Below, piece by piece: positions 20,357 through 30,560 of a stretch of 64,000 nucleotides of DNA. Both the position numbers and the translations under genes were made by a program. The number at the start of each line of letters is the position of its first letter. The first letter of the stretch is position 1. This DNA is from an uncultured Gemmatimonadaceae bacterium. GTDB taxonomy: Bacteria; Gemmatimonadota; Gemmatimonadetes; Gemmatimonadales; Gemmatimonadaceae. The notes below the pieces were generated by a model, which saw only the letters and a list, made by a program, of their open reading frames with translations, was not told where the DNA came from and made no database searches. The stretch is taken from the NCBI GenBank assembly GCA_963843845.1, contig CAWJMB010000002.1, positions 3,200,001-3,264,000 on the forward strand, in the 5' to 3' direction.

Positions 20357-20800
20357 TCAGGTCTGACCGCCGCCCTTCCCCGCGTTGAGGATCGTGGTGT
20401 CGGCGCGACGGGACTCGGCCTCGCCGCCGCCGTTGGGGCCGAGGCCCTGGAACTTCTCCGGGTCGTGGTCGTGGCGCTGCACGTCGCGGTCGCGGCGCGT
20501 GCGCTCGGAGCCGCGCTCCGCCTCGTCGTGCTGGGTGCGGTTCTCGAACAGGCGGTGGTGCCCGTCACGCTCGAACTCGGGGTTCGCGATCATCCGCTCG
20601 TGCAGCTCGGCCTCGCCGTGCCGCTTGCCATCGTTGTTCGGGTCGGCGGCGTCGCGGCCGGACTCACCGTGCGTTCGCGAGTGATCGGCGATCTCGGCGC
20701 GCTTGGCCTCGTACGCTTTCGGGCCATACTGGCCTTCGCCATGCTGCTGGGCGCCCTTCTGCTCGCCGCGCGTGTCGGTGCTGTGTTTTCCCTTACCCAT
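20357..20800 (-). CDS. Hydrophilic His/Gly/charged-rich hypothetical protein (possibly disordered stress protein)
   Basis: GGAG RBS, host codon usage, low-complexity charged composition. Confidence 0.65.
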   Translation of the reverse strand: MGKGKHSTDTRGEQKGAQQHGEGQYGPKAYEAKRAEIADHSRTHGESGRDAADPNNDGKRHGEAELHERMIANPEFERDGHHRLFENRTQHDEAERGSERTRRDRDVQRHDHDPEKFQGLGPNGGGEAESRRADTTILNAGKGGGQT

Positions 20801-20906
20801 GCGCTCTCCCGGCTGCGGGTGGACCGTCATCCAGGGCAAGACAGGTGCCTCGTCCCTCGTCGTGCCGCGGTTGCCGAGCCCGCGCGGCGATCGTCGGTAC
20901 GGTGCG

Positions 20907-21749
20907 ATGCTCACCCGCGACTTCCTCCGCTCGATCGCCCGCGCGACGCCGGCGCGTGCGCTGCTGCGCCACCGCTACGAGCGCCGATTCCGCACGAGCG
21001 ATGGGGCGGGCGCGCTGTCCGGCGTGTACGCCACGTTCGCCGAGGCGGCGGCCGCGGCGCCGGCGGGAGCGCCCCGAGGGTACGACACGACCGCCGCGGC
21101 CGGGCTGTACCGCGATCTGCTCGACCGGTTGCAGGCGAAAGACTATCCGGCGCTGTTCTGGATGCGCGACGCGCTCGCCGACGTCCGTGACCGCGGTGTG
21201 GCGCACGACGACGCGGCGCCGAGCGACCGCGCGGTGACCGTGTTCGACCTCGGCGGGCACATCGGGATCTCGTTCTACGCGTTCCGCGAGTATCTGGCGC
21301 TGCCGGCGGCGCTGCGATGGATCGTGTGCGACGTCGAGGCCGTGGCGCGCGACGGGGCGTCGATCGCCGCGTCGCGCGGTGAGACGCAGCTCGCGTTCAC
21401 GACCGACCGCGCGCAGCTGCGCGACGCCGACGTGCTGCTCGCCTCGGGCGTGCTGCAGTACCTCGCCGAGCCGCTCGACGACGTCCTGCACGAGGCGGGG
21501 GCGCGACCGCGGCACGTCGTGGTGAACCAGATGCCCACGCACGCGACCCGCGAGTTCGTGACGCTGCAGAACATCGGCGTGTCGTTCTGCCCGTATCGGG
21601 TCGCGCAGATCGACGACCTGCCGCGGCGGCTCGCGCCGCTCGGCTATCGGCTCGTCGATCGGTGGACCGACCCGTCGCGGCGCACGGCGGTGCCGTACGA
21701 GCCGGACGCGGGATCGGTGGAGTACACCGGCTACTGCTTCCGGCGCTGA
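20907..21749 (+). CDS. Putative SAM methyltransferase, TIGR04325/LIC12133-like, polysaccharide-locus associated
   Basis: 'GVYATFAEA', 'DYPALFW', 'VFDLGGHIGISFY', 'WIVCDV', 'ASGVLQY', 'FVTLQN...CPYR'. Confidence 0.75.
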   Translation: MLTRDFLRSIARATPARALLRHRYERRFRTSDGAGALSGVYATFAEAAAAAPAGAPRGYDTTAAAGLYRDLLDRLQAKDYPALFWMRDALADVRDRGVAHDDAAPSDRAVTVFDLGGHIGISFYAFREYLALPAALRWIVCDVEAVARDGASIAASRGETQLAFTTDRAQLRDADVLLASGVLQYLAEPLDDVLHEAGARPRHVVVNQMPTHATREFVTLQNIGVSFCPYRVAQIDDLPRRLAPLGYRLVDRWTDPSRRTAVPYEPDAGSVEYTGYCFRR

Positions 21750-21891
21750 ATGCGCCGCGCGCTGCACGCGCCGCACGCGCTGCACGCGCCCCGGCGCGTC
21801 GTAGAGCTTTCTTAGCACGGCCGTGAGTTCAGTCCCGGGGAGGATGCGCCGACGCTCGAAGAGCAGCCCTGCTCCGCACTTCGTCCGGGTC

Positions 21892-23469
21892 ATGCCCCCT
21901 CCGCCAGCGTCCGAATCCACAGCCGTTCTCGAAGCGCCGCCGCTCGCCGCGAGCCGCACGTCAGGCGGCGCGTTGGGCGCCGACGTCGCCCGCGCCGTGC
22001 GCAACGCGCTGACGCTCGGGCTGTCGCTGTGCGGCACGTGGGCGATCGCGCTCGCGGTCCGCATCATCCTGCCGCGCCATCTCGGGCCGGAGGCGTTCGG
22101 CGGGTATCAGTTCGCGGACGCGTTCACGACGGTCGTGCTGGTGGTGACCGGGCTCGGGCTGGAGACGTACATCCGCAAGGAGGTACCGACGCGCCCCGCC
22201 CATGCGAACGACTTCTTCGGCGGCGCGACGATCCTGCGGCTCGCGCTCGGCGTCGTCGTGCTCGCGCTCTGCGTCGCCGGCGTGCGACTCGGCGGCAAAT
22301 CCGCGCTCGTCGCGACGCTCGTCGCGCTGCTCGGCGCCGCGCAGCTGTTGCTCCAGACGAACGTCATCTTCGGCGCGCTGCTGCACGCGGCCGGCACGGT
22401 GGGCGGACTGTCGCTGCTCAACGTGGCCGGGAAGCTCGTGTGGGGGGGAGGGATCGTCGCGGCGCTGTTCACGACCGGCGACGTCCGGCTCGTCGCGCTC
22501 GCCGTGGTCGGCGCGGAGACGCTGCGCACGGTCGGGATGGCGATCCTCGCGCGGCGGCATCTCGCGCTGCGATGGCGCGTCGACGTCGCGAGCACGCGCG
22601 CGGTCGTGCGCGCGAGTCTGCCGTTCTACGTCGCCGTCGTGGCGGGGGCCGTGTACGGCGGCATCGACACGACGATCATGTCGTTCCTGACGCCCGACGT
22701 CGAAGTCGGGTGGTTCGGCGCGACCTCGACGCTCGTCGGGCTGTCGCTGCTGCTGGCACCGCTCATCGGATGGGTGCTGCTGCCGTTGCTGTCGCGGGCC
22801 GCGGCGCGGTCCACGGAGGAGCTGCTGGTCGTCGGGCGGCGCGGCACGGAGCTCATCCTCACGCTCGCGTTCCCGATCACGCTGCTGCTCGGGCTCCACG
22901 CGGAGCTCGCGATCCACACGGCGTTCGGCGACGCGTACGCGCCGGCCGCGCGCGCGCTCCGGATCGAGGCCCCGCTGTTCGTGTTCACGTACGCCGCGAT
23001 GGTCGCGTCGACCGTGCTCGTGCGGCTCGAGCGCAGCTGGGCGGTGACGTGGGTGCAGATCGGCGGGATGGTGCTGTCGCCGACGCTGAACGTGCTGCTC
23101 GTGCCGTGGGCGTATCACCGCTACGGCGCCGGCGGCGCGGGGATCGGGGCGGCGATCACGCTCATGATCACGGAGCTCGCCACGACCGGCACGCTGTTCG
23201 TGCTGCTGGGGCGCCAGGCCATCGACAGGCGACTGGCGACGATGCTCGTGAAGACGGTGTGCGTCTGCGTCGCCGTCGTCGCGGTCCACGCCGCGCTGCG
23301 CACGGCCGGGCCGTTCGGCGACGGGACGTGGCGTGCGGCGTGGGCGCGGCTCGTCGCCGACGCCGCCGTCTACGCCGCGCTGGCGTTCACGACCGGCGCG
23401 GTCGACGTGCGCGCGGCGCGCGAGATGCTCCGCCGGCGGCAGGACGAGCCCGCGACGGCCGCCGCGTGA
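21892..23469 (+). CDS. wzx: Wzx flippase (MOP/PST family)
   Basis: About 12-14 TM segments; 'LPRHLGPEAFG', 'IDTTIMSFL...VGWFGAT'. Confidence 0.85.
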   Translation: MPPPPASESTAVLEAPPLAASRTSGGALGADVARAVRNALTLGLSLCGTWAIALAVRIILPRHLGPEAFGGYQFADAFTTVVLVVTGLGLETYIRKEVPTRPAHANDFFGGATILRLALGVVVLALCVAGVRLGGKSALVATLVALLGAAQLLLQTNVIFGALLHAAGTVGGLSLLNVAGKLVWGGGIVAALFTTGDVRLVALAVVGAETLRTVGMAILARRHLALRWRVDVASTRAVVRASLPFYVAVVAGAVYGGIDTTIMSFLTPDVEVGWFGATSTLVGLSLLLAPLIGWVLLPLLSRAAARSTEELLVVGRRGTELILTLAFPITLLLGLHAELAIHTAFGDAYAPAARALRIEAPLFVFTYAAMVASTVLVRLERSWAVTWVQIGGMVLSPTLNVLLVPWAYHRYGAGGAGIGAAITLMITELATTGTLFVLLGRQAIDRRLATMLVKTVCVCVAVVAVHAALRTAGPFGDGTWRAAWARLVADAAVYAALAFTTGAVDVRAAREMLRRRQDEPATAAA

Positions 23470-25106
23470 GCGCGCCGCTCTCGATCGCCGCGGGCGCGCC
23501 GCTCTGCTCGGTCGTCGTCGCGACGTACGCGCGCCCCGACGCCGCGGCGCGCCTGCTGGGCGACCTCGCGCGTCAATCGTTAGGCACCGATCGCTTCGAG
23601 GTGATCGTCGTCGACGACGGCTCTCCCGAGCCGGTGGCGGCGCGGCTCGACGCGCTCGGGGTGCCGTTCGCGCTGCGCGTCGTGGCGCAGGCGAACGCCG
23701 GTCCCGCCGCGGCGCGGCACCGCGCGATCGAGCTGGCACGCGCGCCGCTCGTGGTCGTGGTCGACGACGACATGCGGGTGGAGCCGACGTTCCTCGCCGC
23801 GCACCTCGCCGCCCACCCCGCCGGCTCGCGCCGAGCGGTGCTCGGCCGCCTGATGTCGCCGCACGGCGAGCGGCTCCGGCTCTTCGAGCGGTATCAGCTC
23901 GCGCAGATGGAGCGGATCGCGGAGGACGCGCGCGCCGGCCGCGCGCCGCTCCGGGGGTCGCACGTCTACACGGGGAACGTCTCGTTCCGGCGCGCCGACT
24001 ACTTCGCCGTCGGCGGCTTCGACCTCGCGTTCCGGCTGTCCGAGGACGCCGAGCTCGGGATGCGGCTGGAGCGGAGCGGCGTCACGATCGCGCGCTCCGA
24101 CGATGCGGTCGCGATCCACGCGTCGGACCACGCGAGCCTCACGAAGTGGCTCGCCCGCTCGCAGGCCTACGGCGCCGCCGACGCCCGCATCGCCGAGAAA
24201 CACGGGGGCGATCGCGACGCGGACCCGTGGCGCTTCCTGTTCCTCGTCAATCCGCTGTCGCGCCCGCTCCTGCTGCTCGCCGTGCTGCTGCCGGCCGCGG
24301 CGCTGCTCGGCGCGCGGCTCGTGATGTGGGTGGCGCTCGTCGTCGCGGGGATCGGGCTCGAGCGGGGCGCGCTCGCCGGGACGACCCTCGCCTACGGGGT
24401 CGCGTACTTCAGCGGCGTGCGCCGCTACGCGGGCTCGCGGCGCGCGGCGTGGAGCGGACTGCGCCGACAGCTCAACGCGCGGGCGATGCACGAGCTGGGA
24501 CCGATGGCGCGGATCGCGAAGTGCGCGGCCGACGTGTGCGCGGACCACGACGCGCTGCGACGCGCCGACGCGAAGTACGGCACGATCGCGCGGCGCGGCT
24601 CGCTGCTCGTCGACGCCGTGGCGCGGATCGGCTTCCAGATGATGATCGCGTACCGTGTGATGCGACTGTGTCACGGACTGCGGCTCACGCCGCTCGCGAT
24701 GATCGCGTCGCGGCTGATCCGGCATCTGTACGGCGCGGACATTCACTGGCGCGCGGTGCTCGCGCCGGGCGTGATCGTCGTGCACGGCGCGGGGCTCGTC
24801 GTCGCGCCCGAGGCGCGGGTCGGCGCCGGGTGCGTGCTCTTCCAGCACGTCACGTTAGGCACCAGCATCCATCCCGAGACGCGCGACGTCGGCGCGCCGG
24901 CGCTCGAGCCGGACGTGCACGTCGGGCCGGGCGCCGCGCTCCTCGGCCCGATCACGATCGGGCTCGGCACGAAGATCGCCGCGAACGCCACGCTCATGCG
25001 CTCCGTGCCGGCGGGGAGTCTGGTCGAGTCGCCGGCCGCCGTCGTGCGCACGCGATCGCGCGCGACGCCGTCGGGCGAGCGCGGCCTGCGCGGTGCGGCG
25101 TCGTGA
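23466..25106 (+). CDS. GT2 glycosyltransferase fused to a CysE/WcaB-like O-acetyltransferase (LbH)
   Basis: GTGA overlap; 'VIVVDDGS..NAGPAAARH..DDD', 'GGFD...EDAELG'; C-terminal 'ADIHWRAVLAPGVIVVHG..GAGCVLFQHVTLG..GPITIG'. Confidence 0.85.
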   Translation: MSAPLSIAAGAPLCSVVVATYARPDAAARLLGDLARQSLGTDRFEVIVVDDGSPEPVAARLDALGVPFALRVVAQANAGPAAARHRAIELARAPLVVVVDDDMRVEPTFLAAHLAAHPAGSRRAVLGRLMSPHGERLRLFERYQLAQMERIAEDARAGRAPLRGSHVYTGNVSFRRADYFAVGGFDLAFRLSEDAELGMRLERSGVTIARSDDAVAIHASDHASLTKWLARSQAYGAADARIAEKHGGDRDADPWRFLFLVNPLSRPLLLLAVLLPAAALLGARLVMWVALVVAGIGLERGALAGTTLAYGVAYFSGVRRYAGSRRAAWSGLRRQLNARAMHELGPMARIAKCAADVCADHDALRRADAKYGTIARRGSLLVDAVARIGFQMMIAYRVMRLCHGLRLTPLAMIASRLIRHLYGADIHWRAVLAPGVIVVHGAGLVVAPEARVGAGCVLFQHVTLGTSIHPETRDVGAPALEPDVHVGPGAALLGPITIGLGTKIAANATLMRSVPAGSLVESPAAVVRTRSRATPSGERGLRGAAS

Positions 25107-25113
25107 GGCGCGC

Positions 25114-26280
25114 GTGACGAGCGCCGCGCGACCGGCGCCGCGCCGCCGCACGCGTCCGACCCTGCCGCCGGGTGCCGCGCTGCGCGGGCTGGGACGGCTC
25201 GTCGTCGACCACACGCTCCCGGCGCTCGGGCGCGGCGTGCAGGAGCTCGCGCGGTTCGGTGCGCACGGGGCGGCCGACGACGCGATGCGCGCGCGGACCG
25301 TGCTGCTCTTCTTCGAGGACATCGAGCGCGACCGGTGGCTCGGTGGCGACCGCCACGTCCGGCGCGGGCTGCGGCGCGTGTATCACGCGGTGACGGCGGG
25401 GCAGCGCGTGTCCGGATTCGAGGTGGCGTTCCGCGCGCTGCGTCGCGCGCTCGAGCGCGCGGGGTATCGCGTCGTCGTGAACAACGCGTCGCTCGCGCGG
25501 CGGTGGCCGGACCATCCGGTGGGCCTGTGCGGGTATCCGCACATCCTCGACCGCTGGTCGCTGCCGAACCCGGCGCTGTTGGGCCCGGGGCTGTACGACC
25601 ACCCGGCGCAGGCGCCGCGGCTGATGACCGACGCGCGCTTCCGCTCGTACATCGTGCCGTGCGACTGGATGCGCGACCTGTTCGCGCCGGTGTACGGCGA
25701 GCGGCTCACGAGCTGGTTCGGCGGGATCGACGTCGACGAGTGGCCGGACGCGACGCACACCGCGAAAGACGTCGACGTGCTGCTCTACGACAAGCTGCGG
25801 TGGGAGCGCGAGCGCTTCGAGCCGGCGCTGCTGCATCCGGTGCGGCGCGAGCTCGAGCGGCGCGGCCTGCGCGTCGCGACGGTGCGCCGCGGCGCGTACG
25901 ACATCACCGAGTACAAGGCGCTGCTCGCGCGGTCGCGGAGCATGCTCTTCCTCTGCGAGAGCGAGACGCAGGGACTGGCGTATCAGGAGGCGATGGCCTG
26001 CAACGTTCCGGTGCTGGCGTGGGAGAACGGGTGGTGGCTCGACCCGAATCGGGCGCTGTGGACGGAGGCGCCGGTGGCGGCTGCGGCGGTGCCGTACTTC
26101 GCGCCGGAGTGCGGCGAGCGATTCGCCTCGGCGGACGACTTTCCGGCGGTGCTCGATCGGTTTCTCGGGCGGCTGCCGACGTATGCGCCGCGGCGGTACG
26201 TGCGGGAGGCGCTGTCGCTGGAGCGGTCGGCGGCCCTCTATCTCGACGCGTACTGGAGCGCCGGTCGCGGCGCGCGCTGA
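25114..26280 (+). CDS. GT-B (GT4-like) glycosyltransferase
   Basis: 'ESETQGLAYQEAMACNVPVLAW' (EX7E motif). Confidence 0.75.
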   Translation: MTSAARPAPRRRTRPTLPPGAALRGLGRLVVDHTLPALGRGVQELARFGAHGAADDAMRARTVLLFFEDIERDRWLGGDRHVRRGLRRVYHAVTAGQRVSGFEVAFRALRRALERAGYRVVVNNASLARRWPDHPVGLCGYPHILDRWSLPNPALLGPGLYDHPAQAPRLMTDARFRSYIVPCDWMRDLFAPVYGERLTSWFGGIDVDEWPDATHTAKDVDVLLYDKLRWERERFEPALLHPVRRELERRGLRVATVRRGAYDITEYKALLARSRSMLFLCESETQGLAYQEAMACNVPVLAWENGWWLDPNRALWTEAPVAAAAVPYFAPECGERFASADDFPAVLDRFLGRLPTYAPRRYVREALSLERSAALYLDAYWSAGRGAR

Positions 26281-26387
26281 TCGAACCCGGAGCCCCGTCC
26301 GGCGATTCAAGCGCGGCGCGTCGAGAGCCGATGCTCCTGAGAGACGTGTGGCATCACGCCCCACCGCTTCCTCTCCCGAGCACGCGC

Positions 26388-27575
26388 ATGAAGCACTCGA
26401 TGCTCCCACTGGTCACGACGCGCACGGCGCAGTGGGAGCGCGTCTTCGCGAGCGACGTACCTGCGCTCGATGGCGAGGCGCCGGCCGTCGCGACCGCGAC
26501 GGCGGCGATCGTGCTCGCGGGGTCGCACTACTGGGGGAGTGGGACGTTCGAGCGGACGCTGCGCGGGCCGCTCCTGCCCGTCGGACAGCAGCCCCTCATC
26601 TCGTATCCGCTGCGCTGGATCGCGGCGGCCGGCATCGGGTCGGCGACCGTGTGCGCCGGGCCGGCGACCGACGCGGTCCGCGCGCGGTTCGGCGCGACGG
26701 GCGCGGCTGGCGTGGCACTCGACTACTACGTCGACGAGACGCCGCGCGGGCCGGCCGGTTGCGCACGCGACGCCGCGCTCGCGACGACGGCCGAGCGGTT
26801 CGTGCTCGTCGACGGGTCGCTGCTGCCGACGCTCGATCTGCGTGCGTTGCTCGCCGCCCACATCGAGTCCGAGGCGGTGGCGACGACGGTCGTCGAGATC
26901 GACCGGCGTCGGATGGCGATCGGCGGCGAGCGCCCCGCGACGCCCGGCGGGGTCTACATCTTCGAGCGCGACGTGCTCGAGAGTGTGCCGGCGTTGGGCT
27001 TCCAGGACATCAAGCAGGGGTTGCTCGAGCGACTCTACTCGCTGGGCGTGAAAGTCGTCGTGCGCGAGGTGCCGGGCGTGTCGCCGCGCATCCTCGACTT
27101 CGCGACCTACGCGTCGGTCAACAGCTGGGTCATCTCGACCGCGTCGGACCGCGGCGAGCCGTTCGGCGCGTGGCGGCGTCTCGGCGAGGCGCTCGTGCAT
27201 CCGACGGCGCGGGTGCACCCGCGCGCGCGGCTCATCGGGCCGATGTTGATCGGACCCGACGCGCAGGTCGACGAGGGGGCCGTGCTCGTCGGGCCGCTGT
27301 CGTTGGGCGCCGGCTCGCACGTCGAGGCGGACGCGGTGCTCACGCGCTCGGTGACGTGGGAGCGGTGCTCGATCGGCGCCGGCGCGATCGTCGACGCGTG
27401 CCTCCTCGGCGACGGCGCCGCGGTCGCGCCGGGGGAGAGCGCGTCGGGCGCCGTGATCGTCGACGAGCGCGACGCGTTCGACGCGTCGCTCTCGCTGCCG
27501 TCGACCTCCGCGACCGGGTCGGAGCGCGGCGACGCGCTGTTCGGCATCCCGTCGCTCGGCGCGCTCGGGTCGTAA
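26388..27575 (+). CDS. Degenerate NDP-sugar pyrophosphorylase-like protein (NTP-transferase + LbH)
   Basis: 'AIVLAG...PLLPVGQQPLI', 'ETPRGPAG', 'GVYIF', C-terminal hexapeptide repeats; lacks GGxGxRL and PK. Alternative start at 26331. Confidence 0.75.
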   Translation: MKHSMLPLVTTRTAQWERVFASDVPALDGEAPAVATATAAIVLAGSHYWGSGTFERTLRGPLLPVGQQPLISYPLRWIAAAGIGSATVCAGPATDAVRARFGATGAAGVALDYYVDETPRGPAGCARDAALATTAERFVLVDGSLLPTLDLRALLAAHIESEAVATTVVEIDRRRMAIGGERPATPGGVYIFERDVLESVPALGFQDIKQGLLERLYSLGVKVVVREVPGVSPRILDFATYASVNSWVISTASDRGEPFGAWRRLGEALVHPTARVHPRARLIGPMLIGPDAQVDEGAVLVGPLSLGAGSHVEADAVLTRSVTWERCSIGAGAIVDACLLGDGAAVAPGESASGAVIVDERDAFDASLSLPSTSATGSERGDALFGIPSLGALGS

Positions 27576-27585
27576 CACCCTCCTC

Positions 27586-29328
27586 ATGGCGACGATCCCG
27601 ATCCTGCTCGACGCGCGCCCGCGCTACCTCGGCGCCGTGGGCTCGCTGCTGTTGCTGCCGACGGGCGCGGGGCTGCTGCTCGACGAGATCGCGCAGGCGG
27701 CGGCCGCGGTCACGGCGCACGCGCCGCTCGTGCTGCCGCTGTTCACGCACGACGCGGACTACCTGCTCGCGCTCCGGGAGCGCGGCGTCGCGCCGTCCGA
27801 CATCGTCAGCGCCGCGGTGTTCCGCGACCCGCTCGCGCGCTTCGAGCCGTCCGACCAGTTCCTGCTCGTCTCGCCGGCGTGCTACCCGGCCGACGGGCTC
27901 GACCTGCGCCGGCTCCGCGACGCACACGCGGACGCGCGGATGCTGCGCCACCTGCTCGCGTTCGAGACGTCGACGTTAGGCACCAAGGAGCTCGTGCAGC
28001 CCGGCTCGGACGGCCGGCTGCGCCGCATCCAGCGCTACTTCGAGCCGGTGACGTGGCCGTTCCCCGCCGGCGTCATCGCGTCGCTCGTGCCGGTCGCGTG
28101 CGTGCTGACGGGGGCCGAGGCGCCGTGGGAGTCGCTGGCCGACCTGCGCCGCACACTCGCCGCGCGCGGGGTGCCGAGTCAGGACGTGCCGTTCCACGAC
28201 CGCTTCTTCCATCTCGACGACGAGAGCGGCGCGCTGTCGCTCGGCGAGCTGCGCGTGCACGAGCTGACGCGTGCCGAGGCGACGCGACGGCGCGGGCCGA
28301 TCGAGCCGGTCGTCGTCGGCGACGGCGCGATCGTGCACCCGAGCGCGCGGCTCGTCGGCCCGGTCGTGATCGGCGAAGGGGTCGAGATCTGCGAGGACGC
28401 GTTGATCATCGGGCCCACGCTGCTGGGCGGTGGCGCGCGGATCGGTCGCGGGGCGGTCGTCGCGCAGTGCCTCGTGCCGTCCGGCGTTCACGTCGACGCG
28501 CGCGCCGAGCTGCGCCACGGTGTCGCGGGGAGCGGGCCGCAGGCCGGGCGGCGCGGACCGAGCCAGCAGCGGCATACCGCGTCCGCGGCGCCGCCGGAGT
28601 CGGCCGCCGCGACGTCGTCGTATCCGGCGATCAAGGGAGTCGTCGAGCCGGTGCTCGCGTCGATCGTGCTGCTCGCGCTGGCGCCGCTGTTCGCGATCGT
28701 CGCGCTGCTCGTCGTGGCGACCTCGCGCGGGCCGGCGTTCTACGGCGACCCGCGCGAGGGGAAGGACGGACGGTCGTTCCGCTGCTGGAAGTTCCGCAGC
28801 ATGCGACGCGACGCGAACATGCTGCAGCGCGCGCTGATGGCCGCGCAGCAGCTCGACGGGCCGCAGTTCAAGATGGACCACGACCCGCGCGTCACGACCG
28901 TCGGGCGGTGGCTGCGGCGGCTGAACGTCGACGAGCTGCCGCAGCTGTGGAACGTCGCGCGGGGCGAGATGAGCTTCGTCGGCCCGCGCCCGTCGCCGTT
29001 CCGCGAGAACCAGATCTGCGTGCCGTGGCGGCATGGGCGGCTCTCCGTGCGGCCGGGGATCACGGGACTCTGGCAGGTGTGCCGGCGGGACCGCGCGTCG
29101 GGCGACTTCCATCAGTGGATCCACTACGACCTGCTGTACGTGCGGCACGTGTCGTTCGCGGTCGACGTCCGCATTCTCGTCGCGACGATCGTCACGCTGG
29201 GCGGGCGCCGGCCGGTGGCGATCGAGCGGATCGTGCCGCGCGCCAGGACAGCCGCGGCGACGAGCGCGCGGGCCGCATCGCCGACCCGCGTGCGACGGCC
29301 GACGCGGCGGCGGGAGCGCGTCGGATGA
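27586..29328 (+). CDS. Priming phosphoglycosyl transferase (Bac_transf) with N-terminal degenerate NTP-transferase/LbH region
   Basis: 'FRCWKFRSM', 'DPRVTTVGRWLRRLNVDELPQLWNVARGEMSFVGPRP', 'PGITGLWQV', 'DLLYV'. Confidence 0.88.
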   Translation: MATIPILLDARPRYLGAVGSLLLLPTGAGLLLDEIAQAAAAVTAHAPLVLPLFTHDADYLLALRERGVAPSDIVSAAVFRDPLARFEPSDQFLLVSPACYPADGLDLRRLRDAHADARMLRHLLAFETSTLGTKELVQPGSDGRLRRIQRYFEPVTWPFPAGVIASLVPVACVLTGAEAPWESLADLRRTLAARGVPSQDVPFHDRFFHLDDESGALSLGELRVHELTRAEATRRRGPIEPVVVGDGAIVHPSARLVGPVVIGEGVEICEDALIIGPTLLGGGARIGRGAVVAQCLVPSGVHVDARAELRHGVAGSGPQAGRRGPSQQRHTASAAPPESAAATSSYPAIKGVVEPVLASIVLLALAPLFAIVALLVVATSRGPAFYGDPREGKDGRSFRCWKFRSMRRDANMLQRALMAAQQLDGPQFKMDHDPRVTTVGRWLRRLNVDELPQLWNVARGEMSFVGPRPSPFRENQICVPWRHGRLSVRPGITGLWQVCRRDRASGDFHQWIHYDLLYVRHVSFAVDVRILVATIVTLGGRRPVAIERIVPRARTAAATSARAASPTRVRRPTRRRERVG

Positions 29329-30512
29329 CACCCGCGTCCACGACGGTCGGCACGCTCGCGTTCGGTGCTCTCGCGTCCGGCACGCTCGCCTTCGGCACGC
29401 TCGCAGCCCCGGCGGCCGCGCAGAGCGGGCCGTTCGCCGTCCGCGTGTCCGCCGAAGCCGGCGGGGGCTACGAGAGCAACGTGCGCTTCCAGCGCGCCGA
29501 CGATGCGGGCGACATCGCGCGCCGCCTGCGTGTCGCCGCCGGTGCGGCGCTGCGGAGCCGGCGCGCCGACCTCACGCTCTCCGCGGCCGGCGACGCGACG
29601 TCGTACCAGACGCTGCGCGATCTCGACCGGCTCACCTACCAGCTCGCCCTCGACGCGGGGCGTGCGCTCACGCCCCGGCTGCGCGTGCAGGGCGGCGCCG
29701 TGGCGCGCCGCAGCCAGGCGTCGACGATCGAGCAGCACGGCGTGACGCTTCCACTCGTCGCGCTCACGACGTCCGACGCGTTCGGGGGAGCGCTGAGTGG
29801 CGCCTACCGCCTCACGCCGCGCACCACCGTGCTCGCCGCGACGTCGTTCACCGACGTGCGCTTCGACGCGACCGCACTCGCCGGCGGCACGACCGCGACG
29901 GCCGAGGCGAGCGTCGACCGACGCACCGCGCCGCGGGCGACGCTCGGCGTTCGCTATCACGGTGAGCGGACCGCGCTCGCGGCGCAGACGCTGACGAGCC
30001 ACGCGCTCACCGGCGAGTGGTCGGCGGCGCGCGGCACGCTGTCGCTCCGCGCGCGCGGCGGCGTCGCGCTGAGCGGCGCCGCGGCCACGCCGGCCGGCGA
30101 TACGCTCGCGACGCCGCGCACCAGCGCACGCGCGACACCGCGCCCGGTCGGCGCGGTCGGCGACCTGACGCTCGAGCGGCGGCGCGGCGCGCTCGCGGTC
30201 GCGCTCGCCGCGGGGCGCGCGGTCTCACCGGCGTTAGGCATCGGCCGCGTGCTCGCCACGGAGCACGTCGGCGCGACCGTCGAGCGGGCGTCGCCGCGCG
30301 CGACCGTGCGCGCCGCGGTCGACCACGCGTGGAGCGCCGACCCGAGCGACCGCGCGCTGCAGCTGCGCGCGACGACCGCGTCGATCGACGCGCGCCATCC
30401 GATCGCCCGCTCGCGCAGCTGGATCGCGCTCGGCGCGTTCCTGCGCGAGCGGCGCGCGGTCGACGTGGTGCGCGACCACGGCGTCACCCTCGGACTCGGC
30501 GTCGCCCGCTGA
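29325..30512 (+). CDS. Outer-membrane beta-barrel protein of EPS export (EpsX/ExoB-like)
   Basis: ATGA overlap; signal peptide ending AAAQ; 'GGGYESNV'; alternating strands; lies immediately upstream of the OPX gene. Confidence 0.65.
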   Translation: MTPASTTVGTLAFGALASGTLAFGTLAAPAAAQSGPFAVRVSAEAGGGYESNVRFQRADDAGDIARRLRVAAGAALRSRRADLTLSAAGDATSYQTLRDLDRLTYQLALDAGRALTPRLRVQGGAVARRSQASTIEQHGVTLPLVALTTSDAFGGALSGAYRLTPRTTVLAATSFTDVRFDATALAGGTTATAEASVDRRTAPRATLGVRYHGERTALAAQTLTSHALTGEWSAARGTLSLRARGGVALSGAAATPAGDTLATPRTSARATPRPVGAVGDLTLERRRGALAVALAAGRAVSPALGIGRVLATEHVGATVERASPRATVRAAVDHAWSADPSDRALQLRATTASIDARHPIARSRSWIALGAFLRERRAVDVVRDHGVTLGLGVAR

Positions 30513-30560
30513 CGACGTCCTACCCTGCCCGTCCCTGCCGACCCGTTCTCCTCTCCTGAC

